From positions 30,862 to 94,861 of the forward strand of contig CALVJL010000006.1 in the NCBI GenBank assembly GCA_944332075.1: DNA of 64,000 nucleotides, given 5' to 3'. This document shows, in pieces, positions 20,066 to 30,370 of the stretch. Both the position numbers and the translations under genes were made by a program. The first letter of the stretch is position 1. The number at the start of each line of letters is the position of its first letter. This stretch comes from an uncultured Bacilli bacterium. Lineage in GTDB: Bacteria; Bacillota_I; Bacilli_A; RFN20; CAG-449. The notes beneath the pieces were generated by a model. That model worked only from the letters and a program-made list of their open reading frames with translations, was not told the DNA's origin and did not search any database.

Positions 20066-20647
20066 ATGAAAAGAACATTATTAAAAATCGCTATGCCAGT
20101 TTTATTAGCAGCTTCTGCATTCACTATGTCAGCTTGCTCAACTGGGGGAGAGACACCAACATCATCAGCACCTGGTGAACAAGAAATCGCTTTAGGATCT
20201 TCTGTTCTTGGAAACTGGGATTACCGCAATGCTGATGGCGGAGATAAAACCGAAGAAGGTTATGCAGTTGAAGTTTATGTCGATACAGAAACAAAATTCC
20301 ACTTCACAGTCACCGCTTATTATGAAGATTTTGCTCCATCAGTCTTTACTTTTGAAGGTCAAATAACTTCTGTCGAACAAGGTTTAGCGCATTGCTATCC
20401 AGTATTTATGAATGCTTATCTTGATCATGGTGCAGTAAATGAAAGTGCAACTACTGCCGCTCAAACACAATACTCTACTTATCGTGGAGGTCTTGCAGAT
20501 CTTTATGAAGGACAACAAGAATTCCAAATCACCTTCCACAGATTAAGTAATGACGAGATGGATAATGGATATATCACTATCGACAATGCTGATATGGATA
20601 TTTCCTTTGGAGTCTTCACAGCAGTCTTAAACGCTTCTCAAGCATAA
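20066..20647 (+). CDS. lipoprotein
   Basis: Signal peptide with lipobox (LLAASAFTMSAC) and a GGAGA RBS. Confidence 0.5.
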   Translation: MKRTLLKIAMPVLLAASAFTMSACSTGGETPTSSAPGEQEIALGSSVLGNWDYRNADGGDKTEEGYAVEVYVDTETKFHFTVTAYYEDFAPSVFTFEGQITSVEQGLAHCYPVFMNAYLDHGAVNESATTAAQTQYSTYRGGLADLYEGQQEFQITFHRLSNDEMDNGYITIDNADMDISFGVFTAVLNASQA

Positions 20648-20675
20648 TTTACCCTATCACATAAATATCCTTTTG

Positions 20676-20722
20676 AAAAAAGTAGCTTACTAAATTCCCT
20701 CCAGTTAGGCTACTTTTTTTCT
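20676..20722 (+). terminator. intrinsic terminator
   Basis: agtagcttact ... agttaggctact stem followed by a T8 run. Confidence 0.55.
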
Positions 20723-20784
20723 TTATTGAAATATTTTTATTTGTCATTATTAATCATATAATGTCATTATCAAAGGAGTAAAAT

Positions 20785-21348
20785 ATGACTATTGAAGAAT
20801 ATATTAATTATATAAAAGAAAATCCGTATATTGAGGCAGATTCTGAAGCTCATAAAGTTATGCATAAAGCAGCCTTAGAAGCTCGAAAGATTACTTCTGA
20901 AATCAATAATTCTTTCCATGATGCTGAAGAATTAAGAGATTTATTCTCTAAGTTAATCGGTAAAAAAGTTGATGATTCTTTTGGTTTGTTTCCACCTTTC
21001 TATACTGACTTTGGAAAAAATATAACTATTGGAAAAAGAGTATTTATCAATGAAGGTTGCTGTTTTCAAGATCAAGGCGGAATTGAAATCGGTGATGATA
21101 CATTAATCGGACATCAAGTAGTCTTAGCTACAATCAATCACGATTTAGATCCTTATAAAAGAGGTAATATGGTAATTAAACCAATTAAAATTGGTAAACG
21201 CGTTTGGATAGGCGCACATGCTACTATTTTATCAGGAGTTACAGTTGGCGATAATTCAATAATTGCCGCGGGAGCTGTAGTAACAAAGGATGTTCCGGCA
21301 AATAGTGTGGTTGGAGGAGTTCCGGCAAAAGTCATAAAAACCCTTTAA
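20785..21348 (+). CDS. maa: sugar O-acetyltransferase (maltose/galactoside O-acetyltransferase family, hexapeptide repeats)
   Basis: Left-handed beta-helix hexapeptide repeats ([31 protein letters not shown]) and a Maa/LacA-type N-terminal region. Confidence 0.8.
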   Translation: MTIEEYINYIKENPYIEADSEAHKVMHKAALEARKITSEINNSFHDAEELRDLFSKLIGKKVDDSFGLFPPFYTDFGKNITIGKRVFINEGCCFQDQGGIEIGDDTLIGHQVVLATINHDLDPYKRGNMVIKPIKIGKRVWIGAHATILSGVTVGDNSIIAAGAVVTKDVPANSVVGGVPAKVIKTL

Positions 21349-23112
21349 TTGAAAGCATTGAAAGCATTGAGAAAACATCTATTTTTTGCTAGATTAATAT
21401 ATAAATTAGAAGTATTTATGTTAGATAACTTAGAAATAAACGTCCATATTGCTTCAAATAAAAATATTGAGACTTCTAGTAAAAAGTCGATGTTTTTTGT
21501 TTTTTTTATTTGTCTAGTTATCGCATTTATATCAATTACTATCGTATCTAAATGTTCATTTCTTTATTCTTTTCACGATGGAAATGATGTTAACTGGTTC
21601 TTAACCATGGGCAGAGGTATGGTTGAAGGAAAAGTTCCTTACCGCGACCTTTTTGAGCAAAAAGGCATCTTATTATATATGCTTTTTGCTTTGAATTATC
21701 TTATCTGCGGTGACAACTTATATTTTATTTATTTCGTTGAAATAATTTGTGCAGCAGTATTTTTATTTTTAAGTTTTAAAATTATTAATTTATATTTACC
21801 TTATAAATCATCATTATTAGGCGTTTTAATTACTGCGATTATCGTTTTTACATCTAGAGCATTCTGGTGCGGAGGCGGTGAAGCAGAAGAATATTGCTTG
21901 CCTTTATTTACTTATGGAGTTTATATCTTTTTAAAAAGCCTTAATAAAAATAAAGATATCTCACTAATCGAAGGTTTTGTCTGCGGATTATTTGCCGGGA
22001 TAATCTTTTGGATAAAATACTCTATGTTAGTCTTTTATGCAGCTTTAGGCATCTGCATTTTCATCGACTTTTTCATTCAAAAGAAAGCGTCAAAAGCTAT
22101 TCTTTTCGCATTGTATTTTTTAATCGGTATGACGCTTATCAGCATTCCGATGATAATTTATTTAGGGATGAATCAAGCTCTTGACGATATGTGGAATATC
22201 TATATCTTATTCAATATTTTTGGCTATGCTGAAGGAAGAGATGTTTTAACTAGAGTAATAGAATTTTTTATCTCGCTAGGCCAAGTACCTTTAAATTTCT
22301 TCTTATATATAATGGTCGTCTTTAGCTTAATATATATGTGGAAAGTTTATAACGTTAATCTTCGTTATAAAATATACTATAGCTGTTTAACTCTTTCCAC
22401 ATTTTTAATTCAATGCTTAATTATGGGTAATATTGGTTATTACCATTTAGTTATAGGGACGTTTGTACCATTTGGAATAGTAGCTTTGCCATATTGTTTA
22501 GCAAATATCATCGCTTTCTTTAAAACTTTATTTGTTTCTAAAAAAGAAAAAACAGAACCTTTTAAAATCCGTTTTGAAATAGCTTATAAAAATTCCGATG
22601 ATGCAATAAATAAATTTTTAAATGATTTCAATGAAACAAAAGAGAAGAAAAATAATATAAAAGTAATCAGTATTTCCCTTTTCGCTTTAATATCAACAAG
22701 CTTATTATTCGGCAATAATACCATTGAGCTTTTCTATTCAAAATCTTATTATCCTCAATTTTTAGTCAAAGAGATTATTGAAAGTTACGGCAAAGAAGAT
22801 TATTCTCTTTTGACTTATAAAATGTTTGACCGCGGGTTTTACACCGTCTGCGATCAAACACCTAAGTTTTATTATTTCGCTCAAAATTTAGTTTCTGAAG
22901 AGAGTTATCCTCAATTATTTGAAGAACAAGAAAGCTATGTGATAAACGGCGAAGCTGATTTTGTTGTTACCGAATTATCCACATGGGAAAAAGAAAAAGC
23001 AGATGGTCAACCATTAGCTAAATACGAATATGTTGCTGATTTAAGTTACGTCTATATTAGAAGTAATTTAGATAGATTAGATCTTAAGCTTTGTTTATTA
23101 ACCATTAAATAA
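21349..23112 (+). CDS. polytopic membrane protein, GT39/PMT_2-like (ArnT-like) glycosyltransferase family; start uncertain
   Basis: Many TM helices. WFLTMGRGMVEGKVPYRDLFEQKG resembles the periplasmic loop of GT-C glycosyltransferases. The real start may be an internal ATG near 21490. Confidence 0.5.
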   Translation: MKALKALRKHLFFARLIYKLEVFMLDNLEINVHIASNKNIETSSKKSMFFVFFICLVIAFISITIVSKCSFLYSFHDGNDVNWFLTMGRGMVEGKVPYRDLFEQKGILLYMLFALNYLICGDNLYFIYFVEIICAAVFLFLSFKIINLYLPYKSSLLGVLITAIIVFTSRAFWCGGGEAEEYCLPLFTYGVYIFLKSLNKNKDISLIEGFVCGLFAGIIFWIKYSMLVFYAALGICIFIDFFIQKKASKAILFALYFLIGMTLISIPMIIYLGMNQALDDMWNIYILFNIFGYAEGRDVLTRVIEFFISLGQVPLNFFLYIMVVFSLIYMWKVYNVNLRYKIYYSCLTLSTFLIQCLIMGNIGYYHLVIGTFVPFGIVALPYCLANIIAFFKTLFVSKKEKTEPFKIRFEIAYKNSDDAINKFLNDFNETKEKKNNIKVISISLFALISTSLLFGNNTIELFYSKSYYPQFLVKEIIESYGKEDYSLLTYKMFDRGFYTVCDQTPKFYYFAQNLVSEESYPQLFEEQESYVINGEADFVVTELSTWEKEKADGQPLAKYEYVADLSYVYIRSNLDRLDLKLCLLTIK

Positions 23113-23142
23113 AAACCAATCAACTATTTACATTTTTTATAA

Positions 23143-24489
23143 TTATCTAAATATAAATGTTGTTAAATAATATGGATAAGTAATTATTTCCCCAATGCAT
23201 CCAACGTTTTGCGATGTCAACTTAACTAATTTTTTTACATTATATTTTTCTTTATCTTTTAAAACGGTTTTAGCCGACCGAGTATTACCTTTGTTTGCTT
23301 TGACTTCAATAAGAGTTACTTCACCACAATATTTAGAAATAAAATCTATTTCTAAGCCACTATCTTTATGAAAATAATACATTTTTTTGCCTAGTTTACT
23401 AAAAGCATCGGCTACTATATTTTCATATATCGCTCCTTTAGCTAATGATAACTTATTATTAATTATTAAATCTGGTACATCATCTTCTAACATTGAAATA
23501 TACAATCCACTATCATTTATAAATATTTTATAAATGCCTTCATCAACAAAAGAATCAAAAGGCAATTCAAGTGACTTCAAATTATAGCATTTTGAAATTA
23601 ATCCATAATCTTCAAGCCAATCTATTGCATTTTCATATTCACGACTTTTAGCATTTTTAGCGATAACTGAGTACTGAAACTTTTGATTTTCTTTTGCTAA
23701 TTGGCGTGGAATTGAATTAAAAGTTGCTAAAATTTTGGTTTTTGCAAACTGATCAACTTTAATTTCATAATCATCATTTAAATGAGTTCCAAAATCAGCC
23801 TCGAACCCCATCAAAATTTCCTTTTGTTTTTTTCTTACTTGATTAAAATCATTAGTCTTTATGTACGTATCTACAACTTCAGGCATTCCACCGATACATA
23901 TATATTTGTTAAATAATTCCAACATTTTATTGTGAATATATATTGGAATTTGTTTTGTTTCTTTTATACATTTGATTAAGATATCTATTACTTGTTTTTG
24001 AACTCCATTGGCCCATAAAAACTCTTCAAAATCCATGGGTTTCATCTCTAAATATTCCTCAAACCCTACAGGAATACCTCTTGATGGATATTTTGTTATT
24101 CTATAATTTTTAATTCCAAGTAATGAACCAGTACATATAACATCATATCTACCATCTAATGCAAAATATTTTAAAGATGCCCTAGCGTTAGGACAATCTT
24201 GTAGTTCATCAAATATTAATACGGTTTTATTAGGAATAAATTTAATATCTTTATATTTTATAGTCAAAGCAAATGTTATTGAGTCTATATCAAAATCACC
24301 ATTAAATAATTCTTGCAAACTAACATCTTTTCTAAAATCCAATTTAACAACTGAATCATAATTTTCTTTGGCAAAAGTCTCTACGATTGTAGTTTTTCCA
24401 ATTTGTCTTAATCCTTGAATGATTAAAGGTTTATGATTTGGTTCATTTTTCCAATTTAACATTTCATTATATATTTTTCGTTTGAACAT
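23143..24489 (-). CDS. AAA-family ATPase with DUF4143-type C-terminal domain
   Basis: Walker A (GLRQIGKTT) and Walker B (VLIFDELQ), with the typical architecture of DUF4143 ATPases. Confidence 0.7.
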   Translation of the reverse strand: MFKRKIYNEMLNWKNEPNHKPLIIQGLRQIGKTTIVETFAKENYDSVVKLDFRKDVSLQELFNGDFDIDSITFALTIKYKDIKFIPNKTVLIFDELQDCPNARASLKYFALDGRYDVICTGSLLGIKNYRITKYPSRGIPVGFEEYLEMKPMDFEEFLWANGVQKQVIDILIKCIKETKQIPIYIHNKMLELFNKYICIGGMPEVVDTYIKTNDFNQVRKKQKEILMGFEADFGTHLNDDYEIKVDQFAKTKILATFNSIPRQLAKENQKFQYSVIAKNAKSREYENAIDWLEDYGLISKCYNLKSLELPFDSFVDEGIYKIFINDSGLYISMLEDDVPDLIINNKLSLAKGAIYENIVADAFSKLGKKMYYFHKDSGLEIDFISKYCGEVTLIEVKANKGNTRSAKTVLKDKEKYNVKKLVKLTSQNVGCIGEIITYPYYLTTFIFR

Positions 24490-24776
24490 AATTATTACCT
24501 GCTGATTATAGTTTACACCTTTTTATAGCCTTTATCAAACAGCATTAACACTTTTTTCTACCATATTCTATTATAGATTTACACTTTTTTCGAACTTATT
24601 TTATGGTTATCTTGCACTTTTGCCAAAATTACTATCTCAATATTTTGAATATTAAATTCTAAAAACTTTATTACTAATCGTTCAAACAGTTTATGAATTA
24701 ATAAAAAATGCAAAAATATTGATAGTTAAAAAACAAAAAATAATTTTCGACAATGATATTCAGTACTTATTCTAAT

Positions 24777-26111
24777 CTATTTATTCAGTGAAATAATTCT
24801 AAGTATATCTTCGCCATATAATTCAAATTTCTTTTCGGCAAATCCATTAATAGCAAGTAATTCTTCTTTATTTGAAGGAAGTTTTTGCACTAATTCATTT
24901 AACTGCTCATTATTAAAAATCATATAGGGTTTAATATTATTTTTAACAGCCATAGCATAACGATATGCTTTTAATTTTTGATAAACTTTGTTTCCTTCTA
25001 AAGCTTCTTTTTCTTCAACTTCTTTTTTTGAATGAGAGACAATTATATTAACAATATCTTGTCCATATAATTCAAATTGTTTTTCATTCAAAATTTTATA
25101 ATTAGATAACGTTTTAATATCTAAAGGTCTTTTTAAAATTAGTTGTTCAAGTTGATCATTGTTGAAAATATAATAAGGCTTATAATTTAATGCTTTTGAT
25201 TTGTTTGTTCGATATTCTTTTAAGCTCTCATACAAATCATCATTTTGAGGTACTTCAACTAGTACTTCTTCTTTTACTGTTTCTTGAACTTCATCAGATT
25301 TAAATATCGTTTTTTCTTCAATTTTTGTTTCCATTAATTTTAAATGTAGTTTGCTAACATAATCTGTTTCGCGTTCAACGATATGTTCTGATATGAATTC
25401 AACAACTTTTTCGAGCTGTTTCTTTTTCATATCAAAATCAGCATACATTTTATAGTATGTACTTAATTTATTTGCAATCTGATCTGTCTTAATAACTATG
25501 TCTTGAATTTCTTTAGGTGCATAGGCTTTTTTAATCATAGCTTTACTATTAGAGCAGCAAATCAATGATAAAACTGGCAATTCTCTAATAAGTTTATTTG
25601 ATACTAATAAATTTCTTAGCAAATCGCAATGTTTTTTATTTTGCATAACAGGCGAATCCATTCCCTCTTTTTTATAAACATTACCTTTTGCATCAATAAA
25701 TGATCTGACAAAATTTCCTTCACTGTCAATAGTGATATTGCCATTTAATTTTTTTGCTTCAATAACACAGATAAACTTAGGTGTAACAATTACAAAATCC
25801 ATTTGAGCTGTTACATCGTTATATTTTAAGCAAATATCATGAAAAACATATCCTGGTATGTCATAAATATTTTTTAATTCATAAGCAACTTTAGATTCAC
25901 CTTGCAATCCAATGTTAACTAAATTTAATTCTTTTAAAACAATTTCCTTTTGGTCATCACCGACTTTTAAAAGCAAATTCTCTAATTGTTCTTTTTGCTT
26001 ACAAGTTCCTTCTTCAAATGGTTTAATAAAAACCAATTTTTTTGTTTCATTATTTTCAAAAATAAAATTAAGTAAACCCATAACGCTTCTCCCCTTTGTA
26101 TTTACTTTCAC
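24777..26111 (-). CDS. NERD (nuclease-related domain) protein with two tandem C-terminal HRDC domains
   Basis: N-terminal NERD-like segment (GESKVAYELKN...DFVIVTPKFICVIEAKK). It is followed by two paralogous HRDC-like repeats (LYESLKEYRTNKSKALNYKPYYIFNNDQLEQL... and VYQKLKAYRYAMAVKNNIKPYMIFNNEQLNEL...). Confidence 0.6.
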   Translation of the reverse strand: MKVNTKGRSVMGLLNFIFENNETKKLVFIKPFEEGTCKQKEQLENLLLKVGDDQKEIVLKELNLVNIGLQGESKVAYELKNIYDIPGYVFHDICLKYNDVTAQMDFVIVTPKFICVIEAKKLNGNITIDSEGNFVRSFIDAKGNVYKKEGMDSPVMQNKKHCDLLRNLLVSNKLIRELPVLSLICCSNSKAMIKKAYAPKEIQDIVIKTDQIANKLSTYYKMYADFDMKKKQLEKVVEFISEHIVERETDYVSKLHLKLMETKIEEKTIFKSDEVQETVKEEVLVEVPQNDDLYESLKEYRTNKSKALNYKPYYIFNNDQLEQLILKRPLDIKTLSNYKILNEKQFELYGQDIVNIIVSHSKKEVEEKEALEGNKVYQKLKAYRYAMAVKNNIKPYMIFNNEQLNELVQKLPSNKEELLAINGFAEKKFELYGEDILRIISLNK

Positions 26112-26147
26112 TTAAAACTTTACATCATGTTCATTAATATTTTAAGT

Positions 26148-26744
26148 TTAATTCTTTCTTAATATTACATTAAGCCATTTTTCATTCCCTCTATTAGTTC
26201 TTACATCAAAACTTAGCTTAATATCTTCAATAATTAAATCTGTTCCTTCAACATATTTTTTTATGGAGTTTTCATCTAAATCAATATTATATCTTCCATT
26301 TCTAACGCCTTCAAAATTACCATACTTAAAAGAGCAGTACATTATGCCGTCTTTCTTTAACGCTACTGCACATTTTTCAAATGCATTAGATAATTTTTCT
26401 TTATTAATATGTAATAACGATGCACAAGCCCATATACCGTCAAATTTATCTTTAAACGTCATTTCATTAGCTTCTTGACAATATATGTTAGTAAATCCTT
26501 TTTCTTTTAATAAATCACAAAATTTTTCAACAGGATCAATACCGTATACTTCATAGCCTTTGGAAACAAAATACTCAAAATCACGTCCACTTCCAAAGCC
26601 TAAATCCAAAATTATCGCATTAGGTTTATTTAAATGTGATTCAAAAAACTGATACATCAAAGACATGTCACATTGATAAGTGCTATCGATAAATTCTTTG
26701 TAATGGTTTACGTAATATTCTTTAGTTTTATCCATATAAATCAC
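26148..26744 (-). CDS. small class I SAM-dependent methyltransferase
   Basis: Motif I LDLGFGSGRD. 198 aa, TehB/UbiE-like size. Confidence 0.65.
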   Translation of the reverse strand: MIYMDKTKEYYVNHYKEFIDSTYQCDMSLMYQFFESHLNKPNAIILDLGFGSGRDFEYFVSKGYEVYGIDPVEKFCDLLKEKGFTNIYCQEANEMTFKDKFDGIWACASLLHINKEKLSNAFEKCAVALKKDGIMYCSFKYGNFEGVRNGRYNIDLDENSIKKYVEGTDLIIEDIKLSFDVRTNRGNEKWLNVILRKN

Positions 26745-27725
26745 CTATTTAAAATCATATCTGCAGCTATTATAGAATTTATCAACATAATTATTCTCAA
26801 TTGCTTCTTCCATAGAAATTTTTAACTTTTCATCATTTAATAAATTAACCAGTTTTTTATTTCTCTCTTTTAGTCTTTCAATTACATCTTCTGAAGGAAC
26901 AATATTACTTTTTTTACTATTATTTGATTTAGTGGTTAATACTAAATTCCAAATATCATCAGAATACATAAAACTCCATGGGATAACATGGTCTACTGAT
27001 ATATCATCTGAAGCCAATTCTTTTCCGGTATAAAAATCAATAGGTTTATTGCCAGTGATTAAAATAAGAGACGAAATAAACTTTTTTAAATTATTTCTTC
27101 TAATTTCAGATTGACTGGCTCCTGCAACTTTTTTATTAATCTTAGGCGCGCTATTGTATTCTTCTAATAACTGAGCCCATTTATAGTTAAGAATTATTGT
27201 TAAAATATCTGCATAATCTATTAAATCTTTTGAATTATCTTTATTTATAAATATCTTATTATCTTTTAGATAATAGATATCACTCACTCTGCCATCTAAA
27301 TTTAAAAAGTATTTGATTGGATTTGCCTTTAGATTTACTCCTATTTTAGAAATACAAGCATCATATTCTTTTAATTTTTTCTTTCTGATTTCTGTTCTAG
27401 CTAAGTCAAACCAAATCGGATATGTAGATTCTGTTAATTTTTGATAAATAGATATTAGTTTTTTTACTTCTTCTAAAATGATAGCTTTATTTTTGCTAGC
27501 AGGTCCAGCTTGTTTAAGTTTGAAAAAATAATATTGATTCCAATAATATTTCAAAACATTCTCTGAAATATCATATAAATCAACGTAAACTTCATCATCA
27601 ACATCATGAAAAAGCTTGTTTTTTAAGCATTCAATGACACTTCTTCCAAAAGCGAGTTTATATGTTGTGACATTTTTCATTTTTTCAATGATATTTATCC
27701 ATTCATTTATGTATTTTGGAATCAT
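26745..27725 (-). CDS. HNH endonuclease-domain protein
   Basis: DHVIPWSF...NLVLTTKSNNSKKSN fits a His-Me finger (HNH) motif. Its stop abuts the start of the methyltransferase gene. Confidence 0.5.
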   Translation of the reverse strand: MIPKYINEWINIIEKMKNVTTYKLAFGRSVIECLKNKLFHDVDDEVYVDLYDISENVLKYYWNQYYFFKLKQAGPASKNKAIILEEVKKLISIYQKLTESTYPIWFDLARTEIRKKKLKEYDACISKIGVNLKANPIKYFLNLDGRVSDIYYLKDNKIFINKDNSKDLIDYADILTIILNYKWAQLLEEYNSAPKINKKVAGASQSEIRRNNLKKFISSLILITGNKPIDFYTGKELASDDISVDHVIPWSFMYSDDIWNLVLTTKSNNSKKSNIVPSEDVIERLKERNKKLVNLLNDEKLKISMEEAIENNYVDKFYNSCRYDFK

Positions 27726-27972
27726 AAATACCCCGTATTAAATATAATTATTTGTATAAATATTATATAACGAAGTATATTTTTTTGAAATATGGATGAT
27801 ATAAACGTGAGAAAATATATTAAAACATTTTAAAAATGTATAATTTAATTCTAATAAAAATTTTTAGATTTTTTATAAATATATGGAATGGAAGAAAAGG
27901 TTTTGTATTTGGTGATTTTCTTGTCAATATTTTTAAAATATCAGCTATTGCTCAATAACAAAAAAGTATTTT

Positions 27973-28704
27973 TTAATTATCTCCTTCATTTATTGTATTT
28001 TTATAAGCATTTATAAATTTATCTCGATAATTGATGCCATTGATTATAAAATCGAACTTATTTTCATTATGAAATTCACAAATAAGAATATCTAAAAGTT
28101 TTGCCGCTATCAAAATTAAAGAATGACTATAAACTATTGCATTATTAATATCAGAAGCAAGATTGATAAAACAAATAACTCCATGAGTCCATAGATTTAA
28201 TTCTTTTTTCCAACTTTGAATAGCGTCATCTTCTTGGATTTTAGACAATTTGATTAACGAGTAGATTCCATACCCTTCATCTAATGATTTTAACCAACCA
28301 TAGTCTAAAAAATTTAAAGGATTTTCTTTATTTGGATTAAACTTTCCATTATAATGCTTCCTTATTAATTTATTTTTATCATCATTATTTCTTATCTCAA
28401 ATCTAAACTTCTGATGTTCTATATAATCATCTAATAATTCTTTATGCATTTCTAAAATCTTAATAGTTGCAATTTGTTCAATGGCCATTCTAAGAATGAC
28501 ACAGGCTTGCGAAATTAACAAACCATTGCCAAGCAACAAACAAAAACTTTTTATAGAATTAAAAGACTCATAATAAAGACTGTAAAGATATTTATTTTTA
28601 TCAAAATATTTTGTAAAGATTATGTCTGGCATCTCATCACATAATTCAATCATATATTCCAAAAGTAGTTTGAATTTTTCAATTTGTAGTTCCTTGTCAT
28701 ACAT
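27973..28704 (-). CDS. hypothetical protein
   Basis: 243-aa ORF in the accessory island. No recognisable motif. Confidence 0.35.
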   Translation of the reverse strand: MYDKELQIEKFKLLLEYMIELCDEMPDIIFTKYFDKNKYLYSLYYESFNSIKSFCLLLGNGLLISQACVILRMAIEQIATIKILEMHKELLDDYIEHQKFRFEIRNNDDKNKLIRKHYNGKFNPNKENPLNFLDYGWLKSLDEGYGIYSLIKLSKIQEDDAIQSWKKELNLWTHGVICFINLASDINNAIVYSHSLILIAAKLLDILICEFHNENKFDFIINGINYRDKFINAYKNTINEGDN

Positions 28705-28982
28705 ATTTTTTTACCTTATTAAATCGTTATCTTATTTTTCCAATAATAGAAATATTCGGCTTATAATAATTATATGTTGTAGTTTGGTTTCACTTACTTG
28801 TTCTTTTAAGATATCGAAGAAAATTTAGAAAATCCAGTTGAAGAATTGATAATTTGGTAATTAAGTTACATAATTTTCATATTTTAGAACTTCTTGTGAA
28901 CATATTCTGATACAACCAATCAATATATTCTTATCTTTTTTATTATTTAAGTTATAAAGACTGTGCAACGATTAAATTTAAG

Positions 28983-30344
28983 CTATAGTCCTTTATATGA
29001 AATCATCCATTCGACCCATGCTTTTATAGTCGACGCTCTTCTACGAATTGTTGCTGGAGCAAGATTAATTTTCATATGCTCAATTTCATTAACAATGTAC
29101 TCTATATTAACATTTTTATTTTTAGATATAGCATCATTATAAACATCTGAAAATAATTTGTTTTCAATTAGTTGATTGTAGATATCTTCTTTGATTTTAT
29201 TTTCATCATCATAGATTGCAGTGATTCGTTCTGTATATTCTGGCAACTGATTGATGAATCTCAAATATTGTAATGCTTGCAAATAATAAAGAACTTGTCT
29301 CTCTGTTGTAAGATTCAGTTTTTCCATAATTTGTTTTTTATCTTTTAATAATTCGTTATCACAAAGCATAGCAAATTTAATAATTCTTTCCATGCTATTT
29401 GCTTGAGGAAGAATATTTTGCATACCCAAAATAATTACTTCACGTCCAGATTGTCTACCATCGCCATTTGAATTAATGCTTCTTAATGTAGACAATTTTT
29501 CAAAGAGATAAAATACTTTGTATTTAGGATCTTGATTAAACAAATTAATCACTTTTTCTGTTGCATTATTACTAATAATTACTGTAGCTCCTCGGTTTAT
29601 TGCTTTATCTAAGCTTTTCTTTAATTTTTCAAAATCTTCAAAAGTAAAACCTGACATTTGATATTTAGTAAAGCCATCGTCATCTTCATAATCATACGGA
29701 GGATCAGCATAAATAATATCTCCTCGCTCTGCTTTATCTATTGCTTTGTCATACGTTCCACACATTATGCAAATATTGTTTTGTTTATCCGAAAAATAAT
29801 TATGAATTTCTGTTAGATTATCTTTATCACAAATCAAGGGATTTTTATATCTTCCAATAGGTGTATTAAATTGTCCTTTACTATTAACTCTGTATAATCC
29901 GTTATAGCATGTTCTATTTAAAAAGATCATCCTAGCGGCCCGTTCTACATCAGTTTTGTTGGAAGGCCATCCATCATCACGATCATATTGTCTTACTTTG
30001 TAATAATAATTCTCGGCACCATCTTCATCTTCTGGATTATTTAACTTGGAATGATATTCTTGTTGATATTTAGCTAATAAATTAATTAAATCCTTATATG
30101 AATCACTTTTAATAACCGAATAAGCATTCATCAATTCGGAATTCAAATCATTGATAATAGCCTTTTGTGGATGTAAGTCAAAAAAGACGGCACCGCCGCC
30201 TAAAAATGGTTCAATGTATGTAAAGTCATTTGCTTTATCACCTTCATCATCGTTGTTAAATGACTTAGACGCTTCAATATATTCCTTAATTTTTGCTAAT
30301 ATTTGCCTCTTTCCACCAGCCCATTTTACAAATGGTTTCATCAA
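28983..30344 (-). CDS. Dam-family (alpha-class, D12) N6-adenine DNA methyltransferase with a roughly 150-aa C-terminal extension
   Basis: N-terminus KPFVKWAGGKRQ, motif I EPFLGGGAVFF, motif IV IIYADPPYD. At 453 aa it is far longer than the usual 270-300-aa Dam. Confidence 0.85.
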   Translation of the reverse strand: MMKPFVKWAGGKRQILAKIKEYIEASKSFNNDDEGDKANDFTYIEPFLGGGAVFFDLHPQKAIINDLNSELMNAYSVIKSDSYKDLINLLAKYQQEYHSKLNNPEDEDGAENYYYKVRQYDRDDGWPSNKTDVERAARMIFLNRTCYNGLYRVNSKGQFNTPIGRYKNPLICDKDNLTEIHNYFSDKQNNICIMCGTYDKAIDKAERGDIIYADPPYDYEDDDGFTKYQMSGFTFEDFEKLKKSLDKAINRGATVIISNNATEKVINLFNQDPKYKVFYLFEKLSTLRSINSNGDGRQSGREVIILGMQNILPQANSMERIIKFAMLCDNELLKDKKQIMEKLNLTTERQVLYYLQALQYLRFINQLPEYTERITAIYDDENKIKEDIYNQLIENKLFSDVYNDAISKNKNVNIEYIVNEIEHMKINLAPATIRRRASTIKAWVEWMISYKGL

Positions 30345-30370
30345 AATACCTCTTCGAAAAAATTATAATT

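Noticed and set aside
21349-21420. Direct repeat ttgaaagcattgaaagcattgag at the start of the GT39-like ORF
   Set aside because: It is a trivial 11-bp tandem duplication inside what is probably untranslated leader. The true start is likely downstream. No functional implication could be supported.
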